Assembly (NCBI GenBank): GCA_016748015.1
Contig: JAAOMT010000289.1
Coordinates: 631,639-695,638, forward strand
DNA from: Geosiphon pyriformis uo1
Lineage: Eukaryota; Fungi; Glomeromycota
Direction of reading: 5' to 3'
DNA: 64,000 nt
Shown here: in pieces, positions 12,201-26,839 of the stretch
Numbering within the stretch: position 1 is the first letter of the stretch
Layout: each line of letters opens with the position of its first letter
Notes under the pieces: model-generated
Seen by the model: the letters and a program-made list of their open reading frames with translations, nothing else
Told to the model about the DNA's origin: nothing
Database searches by the model: none
Position numbers and translations under genes: made by a program

Positions 12201-15200
12201 CATTAAAGTTTTTCAGATTAGAATTGTTGATTTCTAAAGTTATAAGAAAGTTGAACTTAAGTAATAGACTTGGTTTTAATTATTTTATTAAGACTTGGTT
12301 AAATATCAATAGTATTAAAACTTTTAAAGTTAATAATATAGTTTATAATAATATAAAATTAATAAATATTGTTAAATATTTGTCAATAATCAGAAAAAAA
12401 TATAGAAAGTCCAAATATTATAAATTGAAATTAGCTAAAAATACATTCATTAAAAAAGTGATTAATAAACATATAAAATATTTTAACTTTGACAAAAAAA
12501 ATATGATAAAAAATATTTTAGAGCAGTTTTTTTGCAAAATAGTTCTAGATTACTTGGTAATTAAAAAAAAGTTGGTTTTAAAACCAAATAATATGAAGTT
12601 TAGCATTAATAAAATTATAAAAAGTTGGACAAAAAAATAAGCTGTGTTGCTAAAATTGTCTAATCTTTGGGCTTATTAATATGCATTTTTAAATTATGTA
12701 AATAATAATATTTTTTCTAGTATAATAAGAGAAATTGGCATGAAAAAATTAATTTTGGTAGTTAATAATCTGCTTAATAACAAGGCTGCTAATCTGTTTG
12801 GCATTATTAATAAATTTTGGAAATATTGTGATAATACTATAATAATATATCTTTTAAATTTGTTGAATTTATGTTTAACTCTTAGCAATATTTCAATTTT
12901 CTAAAAAAATACATAGGTTTCAATAATTTCTAAGTCTTATAAATAAAATAGCATTTTGATAAATACTTAATCTATTATATTAATTAAAACAATTAGAAAA
13001 ATTTTTTCCAAGATTATTTTTAATTAGATTTTATTTATATACAATAAGTTTGGTGTTTTTTATGATAATAATTTTTTAGTATTAAAAAGTATCTCAACTT
13101 AATCTTTTATGTTTGCTGTTAAGTTAATAATTAAAAATACTTTAAAAAAAACAATATTATAAATGATTATTTGAGATGTTAAAACAAATAACAAACTTAT
13201 AACTTGATGCTCAATAATTGGTTAAATCTTTTGTATAATAAACAAAAATTCAATTGATAGTTTTTTTTGTGAATCTTTTTTTTCAACATGATAACTGGTT
13301 TATTTTAACAGTTGTGCTTTTCTGGTAAACTATCTTTATATTTTTATTTTTATTCTCAGGTTTTTTACCAAACTATTTTTAATGTCAATTACTTAATACT
13401 TAATATTTTTATTAATTAATAAACAACAAAGAAAACAAAATAAAATAAAATAGAAAGAAAATAAGAAAAAAAATAAGAAATTAATATCCTGTTAATAATC
13501 ATGATCAAAAGCTATTGGTTTAATATAGTTAAATATTGAATTTTATCAATATAGAGTGTTAATAGTATGGAATAGATTAATATTTTTTTAATCAAGTAAT
13601 GATAATATAAATTTAAGTAATAATAGATGTTTTATTGATATAAGTATAATTTCACTTTAAGTTATAGAAAACTATCTTTTAAAAGAAGAGATATTGTTGT
13701 TTTAAACTGAATTGTCTTCTCTTTAATTGTTCTAAATACTTTTTTTGCTTCTAATACTTTTGCTATATATACATAATTCATGTTATACAAAATTCTTTAA
13801 AATTTTTTAATTTCTTTAAAAGAAATCCTAGAATTTTGGAATTCTTTTTTTTATTATGTTTCTTTCTTATTGACTATTTTTCTACTTATTATAATTTTTA
13901 TTTTTATAAGTAACAACAGAAAGCTTTGGTTGGTTTTATAAAATATGTACAAGATTTATAATTTAGTTGAGTAATATTATTTGAAAATTAATTTGTAATA
14001 CATCAAAATATGTGACCAGTTTATTAAGTTTTTTGGCAATATATATAACAAAATTAATAGAATAATAATAGATTTTGAGTTCACAGAATTTATGATAATT
14101 TAAATTATAGTGAAGTTTTTTTTTTTTTAAAAAAAATTTTTTATAATCTTCTTTTATGTGAGATTAAGAAACATAAATATTTGTATAAATACTAGATTAA
14201 TACTAAGTTTGTGACCAAAATAGACAAAATAGAAAATAATAAAAGAAAAACATTATTTTTTGTTGTAAGTACTTTTATTAATAATACAATTTGAATTAAA
14301 AATAATCAGACTTCTATACAATATACTTTAGATATTGTCAGCAAATTTTTTATGATCAATAATATTTTAATTAACAATAAAAAAATGGTGGCTATTTCTA
14401 TTAACTAAGATGTCAAAACAGTTTTATTAAAAATTAGTGAATTGTTAATTTTAATTGCTAAGAAGAATAAAATACACAGATATTTGAAAAATTTTTTGTC
14501 AACTAAGAGTTTGTTTAAGCTAAATATAGCTAAAGTTTATTCTAATATCCAATTTTTTGTTAATATAGTGTTAAAAAAAGCTATTATGAATAAACAGTTT
14601 TTTTATTTGGTGTTGACTATTTTGTACTTTATAATTAGTTATAAACTGTAGTTTAATTTTGTTTTATTAAGTATATATTATAAATAAAATATTATAATTA
14701 AGAAGAATTTCAAATCTAAGACCAATTTACAACATAACTTTTTTAGTAAAATATTATATTATTCTTTTTAAGCAGATATAAGCTAAAAGTAAATTAGCAT
14801 TTATGATCATTTTTTTTAATATTTCAAATATTCTTAAATATTTATTTAATCACAGACTTTTGAATTTATAGATTTTGAATTAGATTTTATCAAATTTTTT
14901 ACAATATTCTATCAAATTGTGGATCAGTTTTGTTAACAATTTTTTGGCTAGGGTAATAAGAATTTTTTTGGTTAATAATATGTTTCTGAATAACAATTTA
15001 CTTAATGTATTTTATGATTTTGGTAAATTTTTAATATTAGATATTTTGAAAAAGTCTTTGTATTATGATTTAGTTTGCTCTTTGAAATAATTTAAAGTTA
15101 TGTTTAATAACAGATTCTTAAACAAAAAAAGTAATATAATAGATTAAAAAATATTTGTTAATAAAAAAAATTAAATTTTAAAAGTTTTATATCTTCTTAA

Positions 15201-16650
15201 TACAAATTAGTTTTAAAGTTTTTGTATAATAATAATTCTTTGGTGGTTAGTTCTACTTAAGTTGGTAGATTTTATGGCTTGAGTGTTTTAAAATCTGAAA
15301 AATTTTCTGATATTTATAAACATTTACATAAGATTTGATCAAGTATTATTAAGATTTATACAAATAAGTCTTTAAAGAATTTAGATTCTATTAAGATTAT
15401 TAGTAAAACTGTAACATATTTTTTAATTGTGAATATAAGTATTAATGTTAGAATATATGAGTTTTTGTTATCCATAATAGTTAAATTATAGACTATAACT
15501 TTATTTTTGGAGTGTGTTTTGTTTTTCTGTATAGTAATCATATATTTGGATAGTTAGATTGCTATTAATACATGTATTTTTAAGATTAAATTTATTATAC
15601 CAGATTTTTACAATTGTTGTTGAATAAAAAAGAGACATATTGCTAATTTAATAAGAATTAAGAGTTTTTTGGTTAAATAGATGAAAGCCAAAAGCCATAT
15701 AAAAATTTTTAATAATATTAAAATTAACTAAATAGCAAATAAAACTGTTTACTTTTTTTTGTTTCTATTAAGTAGAATGTATAAAAAGTTTATTAGGGTT
15801 GAAAATACAGCTATTTTTGGCAATACTTGTTATTTTATTTGTAATATATACAGATTTATTTGTTATATTTAATAAAAAGCCAAACTTGATCATAATATAA
15901 TACCAAGTGTATTTATTGAAAACATAGATTAACTGTTTATTATAAGAATATAGCACTTTGATTTACATATATTGTTTGAATTTATTAGCAAAAAATCTAT
16001 CAATTTATATATGTACTTAATAAAAACTATACACAAATATTTGCTAATAACAGTTAAAAAGAAATTATATAATAAGAAGTATTTAAATATATTATATTTG
16101 TTATATAGTAAAGTAAAACTTCTAAATTATGTTTTTATCTGCTCTAAAAATGTTGGCATTTATAAAAAAATATTAATAGAACTTTCTGGTTTCTGGATTT
16201 TATTGATAAATATCTGTATTTTTTTTTCTTTTGCTATATTAAAAACTTTTTTTATGTGTTTTTTGAATATATACTTATATACTATAATTTACAAGGAATT
16301 TGAATTAAGAGATTAATATATAGAAATCATAATAGTATTTGAAAACAAAAAAAAGTATTAGCAACTATTATTATATTTGTAAAAAAGTTAATAAATAAAC
16401 ATTATTTAATAATTTAACTAGTTGGATTTAAGTATAAAACTAATATAAAAAAGACTAATTTAATTAAAAATAGTGGTTTAGTATCTAATTTGTCTAATAA
16501 TTTGATAACTTGGTTGTCAAATAGTGAATTTAGCTGTTTGATATTATTGAATTTTTTGCAATTAGTTTTAATAAATATAAACTATATGTATTTTTTTTGG
16601 TTTAAATAATAATTTTAAAGTTTTTATAAATATTGTTATGAATTTTTGTG
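9230..16650 (+). mobile_element. LINE copy A, near full length, heavily AT-eroded
   Basis: ORF2 is colinear with the LINE at 33-40 kb, e.g. KKYRKSKYY (~12400), eroded PDGKAAG (~12775) and RNase H remnants (~15350-15750). ORF1/ORF2 junction is near 11225. ORF1 looks like a different subfamily. Ends approximate. Confidence 0.8.
13155..13915 (-). mobile_element. Solo LTR (Gypsy-related subfamily) inserted in the RT of LINE A
   Basis: Termini TATTA(=TGTTA)...TAACA. Flanks ACAA/ACAG are a 4-bp TSD with one G>A. The LINE reading (EKN|RELWLVL) resumes on either side. One end resembles the reverse complement of the 40.0-kb LTR. Confidence 0.8.
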
Positions 16651-17068
16651 TTTTATTATTAAAATAGAACCAAGTTTTAATAATAAAGTCAAATTGATTT
16701 TTTTTGAATGTTTTAAATTAAATAATACTATAATTATAATATAATTATATATTAATAAGTATATTAGTTTCAATATGTATTGTTTAATTAATATTGTATT
16801 TTTATTTAATAAAATATTATTATTTAGCTACTTTAAAAATCTGAAGATTAACTTAATAAGTTTTTCTTAATTTCTAATATATATTGAATAATTTTTTCTA
16901 ATAAATGCTTATTTTATTTGGTTTAGTATATTGTATAATATTTTCATTAAAATTGCTATTAGTAACTCTTATTATGTTTATCATCTAAGGAAAATTTTTG
17001 TCATATCTTTATACTTCTAATTGTGTTTTTTTTGTGGCTCTCATAAAAATACTTTTTTTATTTTACAT

Positions 17069-17859
17069 TATTACTTATAAAAAAAAATATAAAAAAGAAG
17101 TAGAAAAAAACAGATAATAAAAATAAGTTAATAAGAGAATAGTATTTAATAAGTAAGCATATTATCAGAAAATTATAGCATATTGTTCAACAATAATTAC
17201 ATTGTTAAAAAATTATGACATATTGCTTAAAAATATATAAAATCTTATATAACAAAAATTATGTATATATAGTGAGAGTATTAAAAGCAAAAAAGACAGA
17301 ACATATGCTAAAGATTAGTAATTATCAAATACTTTTCTCTTTAAAAGATAGTTTTTTATAACTTAAAATAGAATTATACTTATATTAATAAAATTATCTA
17401 TTACTATCTTATTCATATTATTATTACTTGATTAAGAAATATTAATTACTTTTGTACTATTAATAATCCATGTTAATAAAATCTAATACTTAATTATATT
17501 GTATCAATAACTCTTAATTACAGCTATTAATAAAATACTAAATTTTTATTTTCTTTTGTTTTTTTTTGTTTTGTTTTTTTTGTTGTTTATTAATTGATGT
17601 TAAAGATAGCCTGGTAAAAAATCTGGGAACAAGAGTAAAAAACTTAAATATAACTTACTAAAAGAGCATGACTATCAAAATAAACTGGTTATTATGCTAA
17701 AAAAAAAATTCATAAAAAAAACCATCTATTAAATTTTTGTCTATTATACAAAGAATTCAACCAAAACCTTCAGGCTCTAAAACTTTTAGAAACCAGCTAT
17801 TGAGTACTAAGTTACAGATTTTTTATTTGTTTTAATACACCAAATAATTATCTGTAATA
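17069..17859 (+). mobile_element. Solo LTR, same subfamily as 13155-13915, eroded
   Basis: Termini TATTACT...TGTAATA (eroded TGTTACT...TGTAACA). It shares the block TTTAAAAGATAGTTTT.TATAACTTAAA with the 13.2-kb LTR and GATAGCCTGGTAAAA with the 40-kb LTR. Flanks ACAT/ATAC fit an ancestral ACAC TSD. Confidence 0.7.
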
Positions 17860-19212
17860 ATACTAATATCAAATATTTGTATTTTTTGCTTATAGTAAAA
17901 CAGTATCTTATTCTTAATAAATTTAAATAAAAAAAAATAAACTTTTAACAAAATTAGTATTTAAAAATAATTTTAATAAAAATTATTTTTTTAAAACATA
18001 AAAAGATTATTTTGAATTTTTAGTTAATTATTGATTTTGACCAAGATATTATTATAAGTAAATTCCAAATAATTTTATATTTAATGTTTTTTTAATGTGT
18101 TTTTAAATTTATTATGCTTGGATTTTATTTATATTTTATTATTATAAGTATTTTTGTTATATTTTTATTAATAAAAATTAGTAATAAAAATAAAATTTTG
18201 ACAGTTTTTAAATTTTTATTAAGGTCCAGATTTTAAAAAAAAAAGTCTCTAATTTATTAATTTTAATATTAGTAAGTATATAATAATACAAAACTAGAAA
18301 AACATATTTTACAGCTTTTTTTGGAATTATAATTTAAAAATTTTTTTTTTTTTTATTCTATCTAATTAAATTTTTTTTTGTTTGTATATTTTTTAGATAG
18401 AAAACTATAGTATATATATATATTTTAAGTTATATATGATTGTGCTTATTTTAACTAATTAATAAATAATTGCTAAACTATTGGGCTTTCTATTTAATTA
18501 TAAGTGTCTCTTAATTTGTTTGTTTATAATTATATTAAATTAAATACATTTGTACATGTTTTATATACTATTATGTACACATTATATTTTTTTATTTTTA
18601 TTTATTATTCTGTGTTATTTATACTGTTATTTAATAATTGGTTAATATATTATAATATTATTATTTTTAATTTTTGTTAATTTCTATTAAGTAATAATAT
18701 ATAATATTATCTTGTTTAACTTAAGTAACTGGTTATATATAAAAAGTACATAAATTGTATTTAGTTTAAATTACTTAATTTAATTTTGTATATTAAATAG
18801 TAGTTGAACTTTCTTTATTAAATAATAAAAAATAATAAAATTTAAAATTTTGTTATTTAAAATTTTTTAATTTTTTATATAAAAATCAAAAATTCAATAA
18901 TTTAATAGTCTTTAATATTTGATATTTAATTTGTTTTTTTTAACAAGTTTATTTTAATAAATTTTATTTTTTTAATAAGTTATTAAACTTTAATAATTTA
19001 ATTTAATTTATATTTATAATATATATTTTTTCCAAGTAATTTGTATTTTTAATATTGTTTTTTTTAACTAAGTAATTTATAAATACAATAATAATAAAAA
19101 TATAAAAATATAAAAATTAATATTTTATTAATAGTTATAATTAAAAATTGTTGTTTTAAAATAATAAAATTAATAATTATATTTTTGGAATTTATTAATA
19201 AAAATAATTATA

Positions 19213-19273
<61 letters not shown>
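19213..19273. repeat. (AAT)n microsatellite
   Basis: About 20 direct AAT units. Confidence 0.9.
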
Positions 19274-19276
<3 letters not shown>

Positions 19277-19529
19277 TAGTAAATTTATAAATTTAAATAA
19301 TTTTCTTATTTAAAATATTGTTAAATTAAAAATAATTATTAAATTTTTTGTTAATTAATATTATTTATATATATATATTTTTTTATAATACAAAATAATT
19401 TTGTATTTTTAGTTATTTTTAGTTATTTACAGTTATTTTTAGTATTTTTGAAATTTTAAAATTTTTATTATTATATTATATATATTTTTAATATTTAAAT
19501 AACTAAATATATATAAAAAAAACTTTTTT

Positions 19530-22500
19530 CTCTCTTTTATCTCTAATTCCTAAAAAAGAGTCTTATTTCTTAAAAACTTAATTTTTTATTGTTAAATTAG
19601 ATGCCACTATGAGTGGTTTTGCTATTAAAAAAAGGTTAACCAAAGTTTTGGCTTTAAGTTTGGTTAATAACAGCTTGATTTAGTAGCAAAAAATAAATAT
19701 TCTAAAGATAAAACAAATTAACACTAATAAAATAATTAAGTCTTCTATTGATACTTTAGAATACAATTCTAATAATAATAAAGTTCTACTTTTTTTTTAC
19801 TTTTCAGTATTTTTGGATAGAAAATAGATTAATCTCAAAGTTATCAAAACTTAGGTAAATATACTTATCAAAAAATTTTTTGTACTGCATATTAATCTAT
19901 CAATTATAAAAAGAAAATTGGCAGCAGCAAAAACTTAATTTATTAGAAAATTATTTTCAATAATTAATGATTTTGGAAGGGTTACTACTTTTAAAATTTC
20001 AAAAAATCATTAGATTTATGTTTACATTAATAAAAAACATGAAGAAAACTATATTATTGGCTAAAAAAAAGGCATCAAAGTAAACAGCAATTTCAAAAAA
20101 CAAAATTTCATTTAAATTAGACTGTAATAATCAAGAAAATTTTCATAAATATGCCAAAAAAAATAATTATTACTATAATAATTAAGTATAATTAAATAGT
20201 ATTAATTTAATCATAACTAATTAAATTATAGCAAAAAACTGTAGTAAAATTTGCTAAATTAAATTAAGCTAATTTGTTAATATTTAAATAATTTTTTCTG
20301 ATTAAAAAAAACTTAGTGCATATGATTAAAGTTGTAAAAAATTATAATATTTAAATGTTCAAAAATTAATTTAAAGCACTTTTGTTTATTTTGCTTATAG
20401 AAACAACTGTTTATAATCTTAATATCTTATTAAAAAAAATTGATGAAAAAACCTGTATAATTATTTATTTATTTAAAACAAATAATAAGATTTGTTGTGT
20501 TGTAATTGGGTTTAAATTAAAAAAATTTGAAATTTGCTTTTTATATAAAGTCAATTTTGGGTGATATAAATTTTTTTTGGATTAGATTAGACTTGGTTTA
20601 TTGTAAAAAATATGAATATTTTAGATATTTTGTCTTAAAGTACAATGCTTTAGATGCTTTTGTCATTCTGTTTTTAAAGACATAAAAAACTTGTCTTAGA
20701 TAAAAGTTGTCTTTAATTGATTAAGTTGTATGCCAAGAAAAGTATTCTTATTTTATGTTTTGTTGCTTTTAATAACAAGTCTTAGACTTAAGTAGTTTTA
20801 CTAGTTTTTGTTTTTAATAATATTTATTTTGGTTTTGGCTCTGGTTTTTTTCTTTTTGTTGTCTTATATTTTAATAAAATTTCTTATTTTTTCCAAAATG
20901 TTTTATTTATTAATGCTTGTTTAGTTTCTTTAGAACATTTTTTAAAGTTTTAGTATTTAATATTGTATATAGACTAAGTAGTATAAATTTGGTGCTTCTG
21001 GTTTTTGTCTTTTATTTTTTTTACTTTAACTGATTTAATAGTCTTGAATTTAAGTTTGGATTCAGATATGATTTTAGAATATTTATTAGTATAATTTTTT
21101 TTTTATTGACAATAATTAAAAGTTTAAATTTGAATTCAAGTAATTTTAAAGTTTTAACTACAAAAATAGATAAACTAAAAACTAAAATAATTGTTTTTGA
21201 GATTTTTATTAATTTAATTTTAACAAAATTGAATTAATTATATGTTAACATAAGTTTTTTAATAACTTTTTTATCTTAATAACTAATTATATTTTGAAAT
21301 TTACAACATATAATATTAGAAAAATGAACAATTGGCTAAACAGAAAGATATTATTAAGTAGCATAAGAATTTTGGCAATTTGGTTTTTATATTTATTAAA
21401 ACAAAATTAAAAAAACAGACTAGATCTTAAATTAAAAACAAGTTTCTGGATTTGAAGATTTTTATTTTTGGTTTAAACTTTAGTTATCTGAGTGTAAAAA
21501 TAGCAATAGTGATAAATAATATTTTTGCTTAGTATATATATAGAGTTTTTGAAATTTTTAATTATTTTTTTTCAATTTATTTGTTATTTAACAATAAGCT
21601 TTCAGTAATAATTTTTGGTTTATATTGTTACAAATTAAAATAACAAGCTAATGGATAGCAAAGGAAAACAAAATTATAGAATAATAGAAATAATCAAAGA
21701 GAAAATTACAATAAAAGAGCAAATTAAATAAGTAAGAATTCAATATGTATAATCAGTCTTATAAAAATCACAGTCACAAATTTTTTCTAGAAATTTAAAG
21801 ATAGAAGAATAGTTCATGATTGTCAACAAGATAACACTACTGCTATTATTCTATGCTTCAACTTGGTAATTCTTAGAATCAATAACAGGTATTGTTGTGT
21901 TTTTTAATTGTTTTTTTATTTAATAAATCACAAAAACAAGCAATTGCTTTTTAAACTAATTCTAACAATACAAATCAAAAAGAAGTAAAGATAAGATATA
22001 TGAATGCCAACAAATAATTTTTTATTCCAAGATATTCAAATACTTAAAGATAGAAAAAAAAATAAGCAATATAAGAGAAAGTAATTAATAATAAGTTTTA
22101 TTTTGTTACTTTAATCATGTCTTTTTCCAGCTAAGACTTATTGCTTATATAGTTATTAAAAGTAGTCAATAACCAGATCAATAGTTAGGTCAATAGTCAA
22201 GTTATTGATTAAATCAATAATCACTATTTAAAAATAGAGTGGCTAATTATATAAAATTAGTAACTAATATATATAATAACTAATAAAAAGTATGGGTTTT
22301 AACCATAACAATATGTTAAAACTTTAGCTAATATACAATTCAGTTAAGTTTATAAGATAAACTTTTATATTACTAAAACAGTTAATTTAAGTTTTTATGT
22401 AGTAATAAAAAGTGATTTCAATAAAAATAATATAAAATAAAATGTAAATTTCAAAAAATATTTTAATTTAAGTTTGTGCAATATAATTTTGTTGCTAAGT

Positions 22501-25500
22501 TTTCAATATAAGACAATTTAAGAAATATAAAAAAAATTATTAATTATATTTTTGTTAATAAACATCTTTTGATAACTGTAATTAAACAAAAATTTGGTAG
22601 TGTATCTAATTTCTTTAATACTGATTATTTAATTGTTGTGGTTTCTCTTAGTTTAAACAACTTTTTGAACAAATATTTAAATATAATCTAAAAACACATT
22701 AATAAAAATTAATAAAAGTTTGGCTTTAAGAATATAGATAATTCAAAATAGATTCAATTTAAGGAATGTTTATTAATAAAAATGTTTTTAATACTAAATG
22801 AGTTCCAAAATATAATAATTTGGATATAATATAAATTTTTTTGAAAGAGATAATAATTGAATTAATAAATAAAATTTTTTTAAGAATTGGTTTAAAATTT
22901 ATGGTAATTTAAAAATAAGCAGTTTTCTAAATTTTACAAATTAAAGGTTTTAGTATCTAAAGTTGACAAAACTTTTTTTTTTAAGAATATTGTTAATTTT
23001 AATTGTTTTATACAAATATAGTTAAAATTAAATATTAATAAATCTTTTAAGATGTCTTTTTTAGTCAAAAATAGAGTAAAATTTTTTTTATTTGTATAAG
23101 ATTAAAAAAAGTATTAAATCTTTAAGTATTGGGAATTTAAAGCTATAAAAATAGCTACAGTTAAAAATATAATTAATAAAAGAATAGAAAATTTTTATAC
23201 AAACAAGAGTTATATAATTAAAAATATTTTAGAAAAGCTTTTTTAAAAAATAGTCTTAGACTATTTAGTAATTGGTAAAGAATTAATTTTGAAGTCTGAA
23301 ATAGTAAGATTCAAAGTAAATATAATCATAAAAAATTGAATTAAAAAGAATTTAGTGTTTAAAATAATACTAATTCTTTGGTCTTAACAGTACATGCTGT
23401 TAGATTATATAAGAAATAAAGAATTTTTTGAAATTATAGAGCATATTAGCATAAAAAAGTTATTTCAAATTATTAAAAATTTGTCTAATAGTAAAATTAT
23501 TGGCTTATTAAGTATTTTTAATAAGCTATAAAAGCATTATAATATTGAGATTGTGAATTGTTTTTTGGTCATATTAAATTATTATTTAGATATTAATATA
23601 GTTCTTATTTTGTGAAAAAAAGTTTGGGTTTTTATAATTCCAAAGCTTTATAAATAGAATAGTATGCTAACTAATACTAAATCAATAATATTAATAGAAA
23701 CAATTAAGAAAATTTTGTCAAAAATTCTTTTAAACTAGATTTTTTTTTGTGTGTAACAAGCTTGGTGTTTTTTATGAAAACAATTTTTTAGAATTAAAAA
23801 GTATGTTAACTTGATTTTTTGTGTTTGCTGTTGGCTCAATTATTAAAAACATTTTAGAAAAAAATAAAAAATTGTAATTGGTTTTATAGAAAATATATAA
23901 AATATATGACTTAATTAGTTGGCACTATTTAAGAGCTAACTTAAAATACATCAAAATATGTAAATAATTTATTAGTTTTTTTGGCAGCATATATCAAAAT
24001 AGAGTTAACAGAGTAATAACAGATTTTGAACTTTCAAAAAACTATTATTTACATAATAAATTGGATTAAAGTAAAGTTTTTTTACTTCTTCTTTAAAAGA
24101 TCTTTTATAATTTTTTTTATGTATGGTTAAAAATCATAAACATTTGTGTAAATATTGAGTAGATATAAGATTTGTAGTCAAAACTGGCAAAATAAAGAAT
24201 ACAAAAAGAAGAACATTATTTTTTACAGTTATGACTTTTGTTAATAATACTATTAGAGTAAAAAATAATTAATCTTTTATTTAATATATTTTGGATATTG
24301 CTAGTAAGTTTTTTAGAATCAATAATATTATAATAAATAACAATAAAACAATGACCATTCTTATTAACTAAAAAATAAAAGATATTTTATTAAAAATTAA
24401 TAAATGTCTTATATTAATTACAAAAAAAAGCAAGTTATATTAATACTTAAAAAAAAAAATTTTTACTAAAGATTTGTTTAAGTTCAGTTTAACCAAAGCT
24501 TACTCTAATATTAAATTTTTTGCAAATATGGTTTTAAGAAAAAAAATTTTGAATAAACAGTTTTGTTACTTAGTTTTAGTTGTTTTATATTTCATAATTA
24601 ATTATTATATATAGTTTAGTTTTGTTTTAATTAATGTTTATTACAACTAGAATATTATAATTAAAAAAAGATTAGAATTGAAAGCAAAGTTGTTTAAAAA
24701 CTTTTACAATAAAGCATTATACTATTTATTATTATACAAATTAAAATTGTTTGAACAATTACAAGTTAAAAAAAAAATGGCTTTGGTTATTATATTTACA
24801 AATTTTAAAAATGTTTTTGGTCATTTTTTGATTATTATTTTTTGAATTTGCAGATTTTGGACTGAGCTCTAGCTAATTTTTTGCAGTATTTAATTAAATT
24901 AATAATCAGTTCTGTAAACAATTATTTTTTGAAGTAATAAAGATATTTTTGGATAATAAGTTTTTATTAATAAACAACTTGCCAAATGTGTTTTGTAATT
25001 CAAACAAATTCCTAATATCTAATATCTTAAAAAAGTTAGTTTACTTTAAAACAGTATTAATAACTTAAAAAACTTTTTGTTGTTGAAAAAAACTGTATTC
25101 AAAGTGTTTTATTTTATCTTGGTTTATTAAAGTATCCAGTTTTTTAAATGGATTAGAATTTATTACTAAGTACAAAATAACTGTTTTTGGTTTTTTGTTT
25201 CATAATGTTTTGGATTTGAATAATTATAGATTAGTAAAAAATCTTTTATATATAATTTGGATTGATATTTTTAAAATATATATTAATAATTTGTTAAAAA
25301 ATTTTGGTTTATTAAAAATAGCTAAAAAAGTGGCTGTATACTTTTTAAAAGTAAACATAAATATTAATATTGGGGTTTTTAGAATAATATCTTCTATAAT
25401 GACTAAGCTCTAAGCTATTGTTTTAACTTTAAAATATATGCTTTTTTTTAATATTATAATTTTGTATTTGAATAGTCAAACAGCTATTAATGCATATATT

Positions 25501-26680
25501 TTAAAACTTAGTTTGTTCAATTTAGATTTTTGTAATCAGTGCTAAATAAAAAAATATTATGTTGTTAATTTGATAAAAAACAAAAACATTTCAGTAGTCT
25601 AAACAAAAATTAAAAACCATCTGAATGTTTTTAGTAATAATTAAATTAATAAACTGGCTAAAACAATTACTGGTTTTTTTTTGTTTTTCTTTATTAGAAT
25701 TTTGAAAAGATATTTAATAGTTAATAAATTAGCAGTATTTGGTAATATTTATTATTTAATTCGAAATATTTACAAGAAAATCACTTATAGGTGTTGAAAA
25801 ACAGATTTTGGTGTAAAAATTGTTATCAACTCTTTTATTTGTAATATGAATTAAATTTAAACAGTTTTGGTTTGGCATTCTAATTCTTATATGTTGGCTG
25901 GTTTTATTAGTAGACTTACAACTAGTTTTAGAATTTATATAATAAAAACTATTCATAAAAGACTTTTAATTGCTGTTTAAAAAAGATTGTATAACAAATT
26001 GTATTTAAATATTATGTATTTATTTTGTGAAAAAGTGGAATTTTTTGATTATTTGTTTATATATTTGGAGAATATAGACTAATAAAAAAAATTGATTAAA
26101 GATTATATTAAGTTTTAGTTGTTTTTAATTGATAAAAAAACATTTATATCTTTTTATATATTACAGTTACTTTTTTTGTTTTTTAGATATTAAGTTGTAT
26201 ATAATGCTTTGCAAAAATTTTGTTTTTAAAAATTGGTTCAAAAATGTTTTAGTAATTTATAATAATAATAAAAAAGCAATTTTTATATTGGTAAACTTTT
26301 CTTGTTAATTAGTTAAATACTATTATTATAATATATAGTTAAATTAAAGACAGAAAAAATTAAATTAATAAATAATAATAATATAATATTAGTAATAATT
26401 AGTGGTTTGTGTTTAGATTTATTAAATAAAATGGTTCATATGTTTGGTATTATTGAATTAATACCAGTAAATTTTATTAAGTATATGTTCTATGTATTTT
26501 TTTTTGGTATTAATAATAGTTTAGTTGTATATATAGGTGTTTAGTATTGCTTAGATTAGTCTAAAAATTAATTATATGTAATAAACATGTAAGTTGTATT
26601 TAATTGGAATTTTTTAGTTTAATTTTATGTACTAAATAGTAATTAGACTGTTTTTATAAAACATAATAATAATAAAAAAT
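19530..26680 (+). mobile_element. LINE copy B, near full length, heavily AT-eroded
   Basis: ORF1 remnant matches 33.7-35.2 kb (e.g. aaagttatcaaaacttaggt, aattaatgattttggaagg). ORF2 remnants run to ~26545, followed by the family 3' UTR and an A-rich tail. Confidence 0.8.
21626..22310. mobile_element. Solo LTR of a different family inserted in the endonuclease of LINE B
   Basis: TGTTA...TAACA termini, perfect ATAT TSD (21622-21625 and 22311-22314), 685 bp. Internal sequence differs from the other LTRs. Confidence 0.8.
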
Positions 26681-26839
26681 AGCTAATTATTATTTTTTTA
26701 ATTTTTTAATTATATAATAATATCAAAATAATAGTGTTTAAATTGTGTATTTGACTTAAATAGTTTTAAATAATTATAAACTTTAAATATAATTATTTAA
26801 TTAAAAATTAAAATTAAATATAAATAAAAAAATATTGTT

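Noticed and set aside
9399-25956. K/N/I/F/L-rich ORFs suggesting organellar, endosymbiont or alternative-genetic-code DNA
   Set aside because: They are colinear with the LINE at 33-40 kb. The composition results from C>T/G>A erosion.
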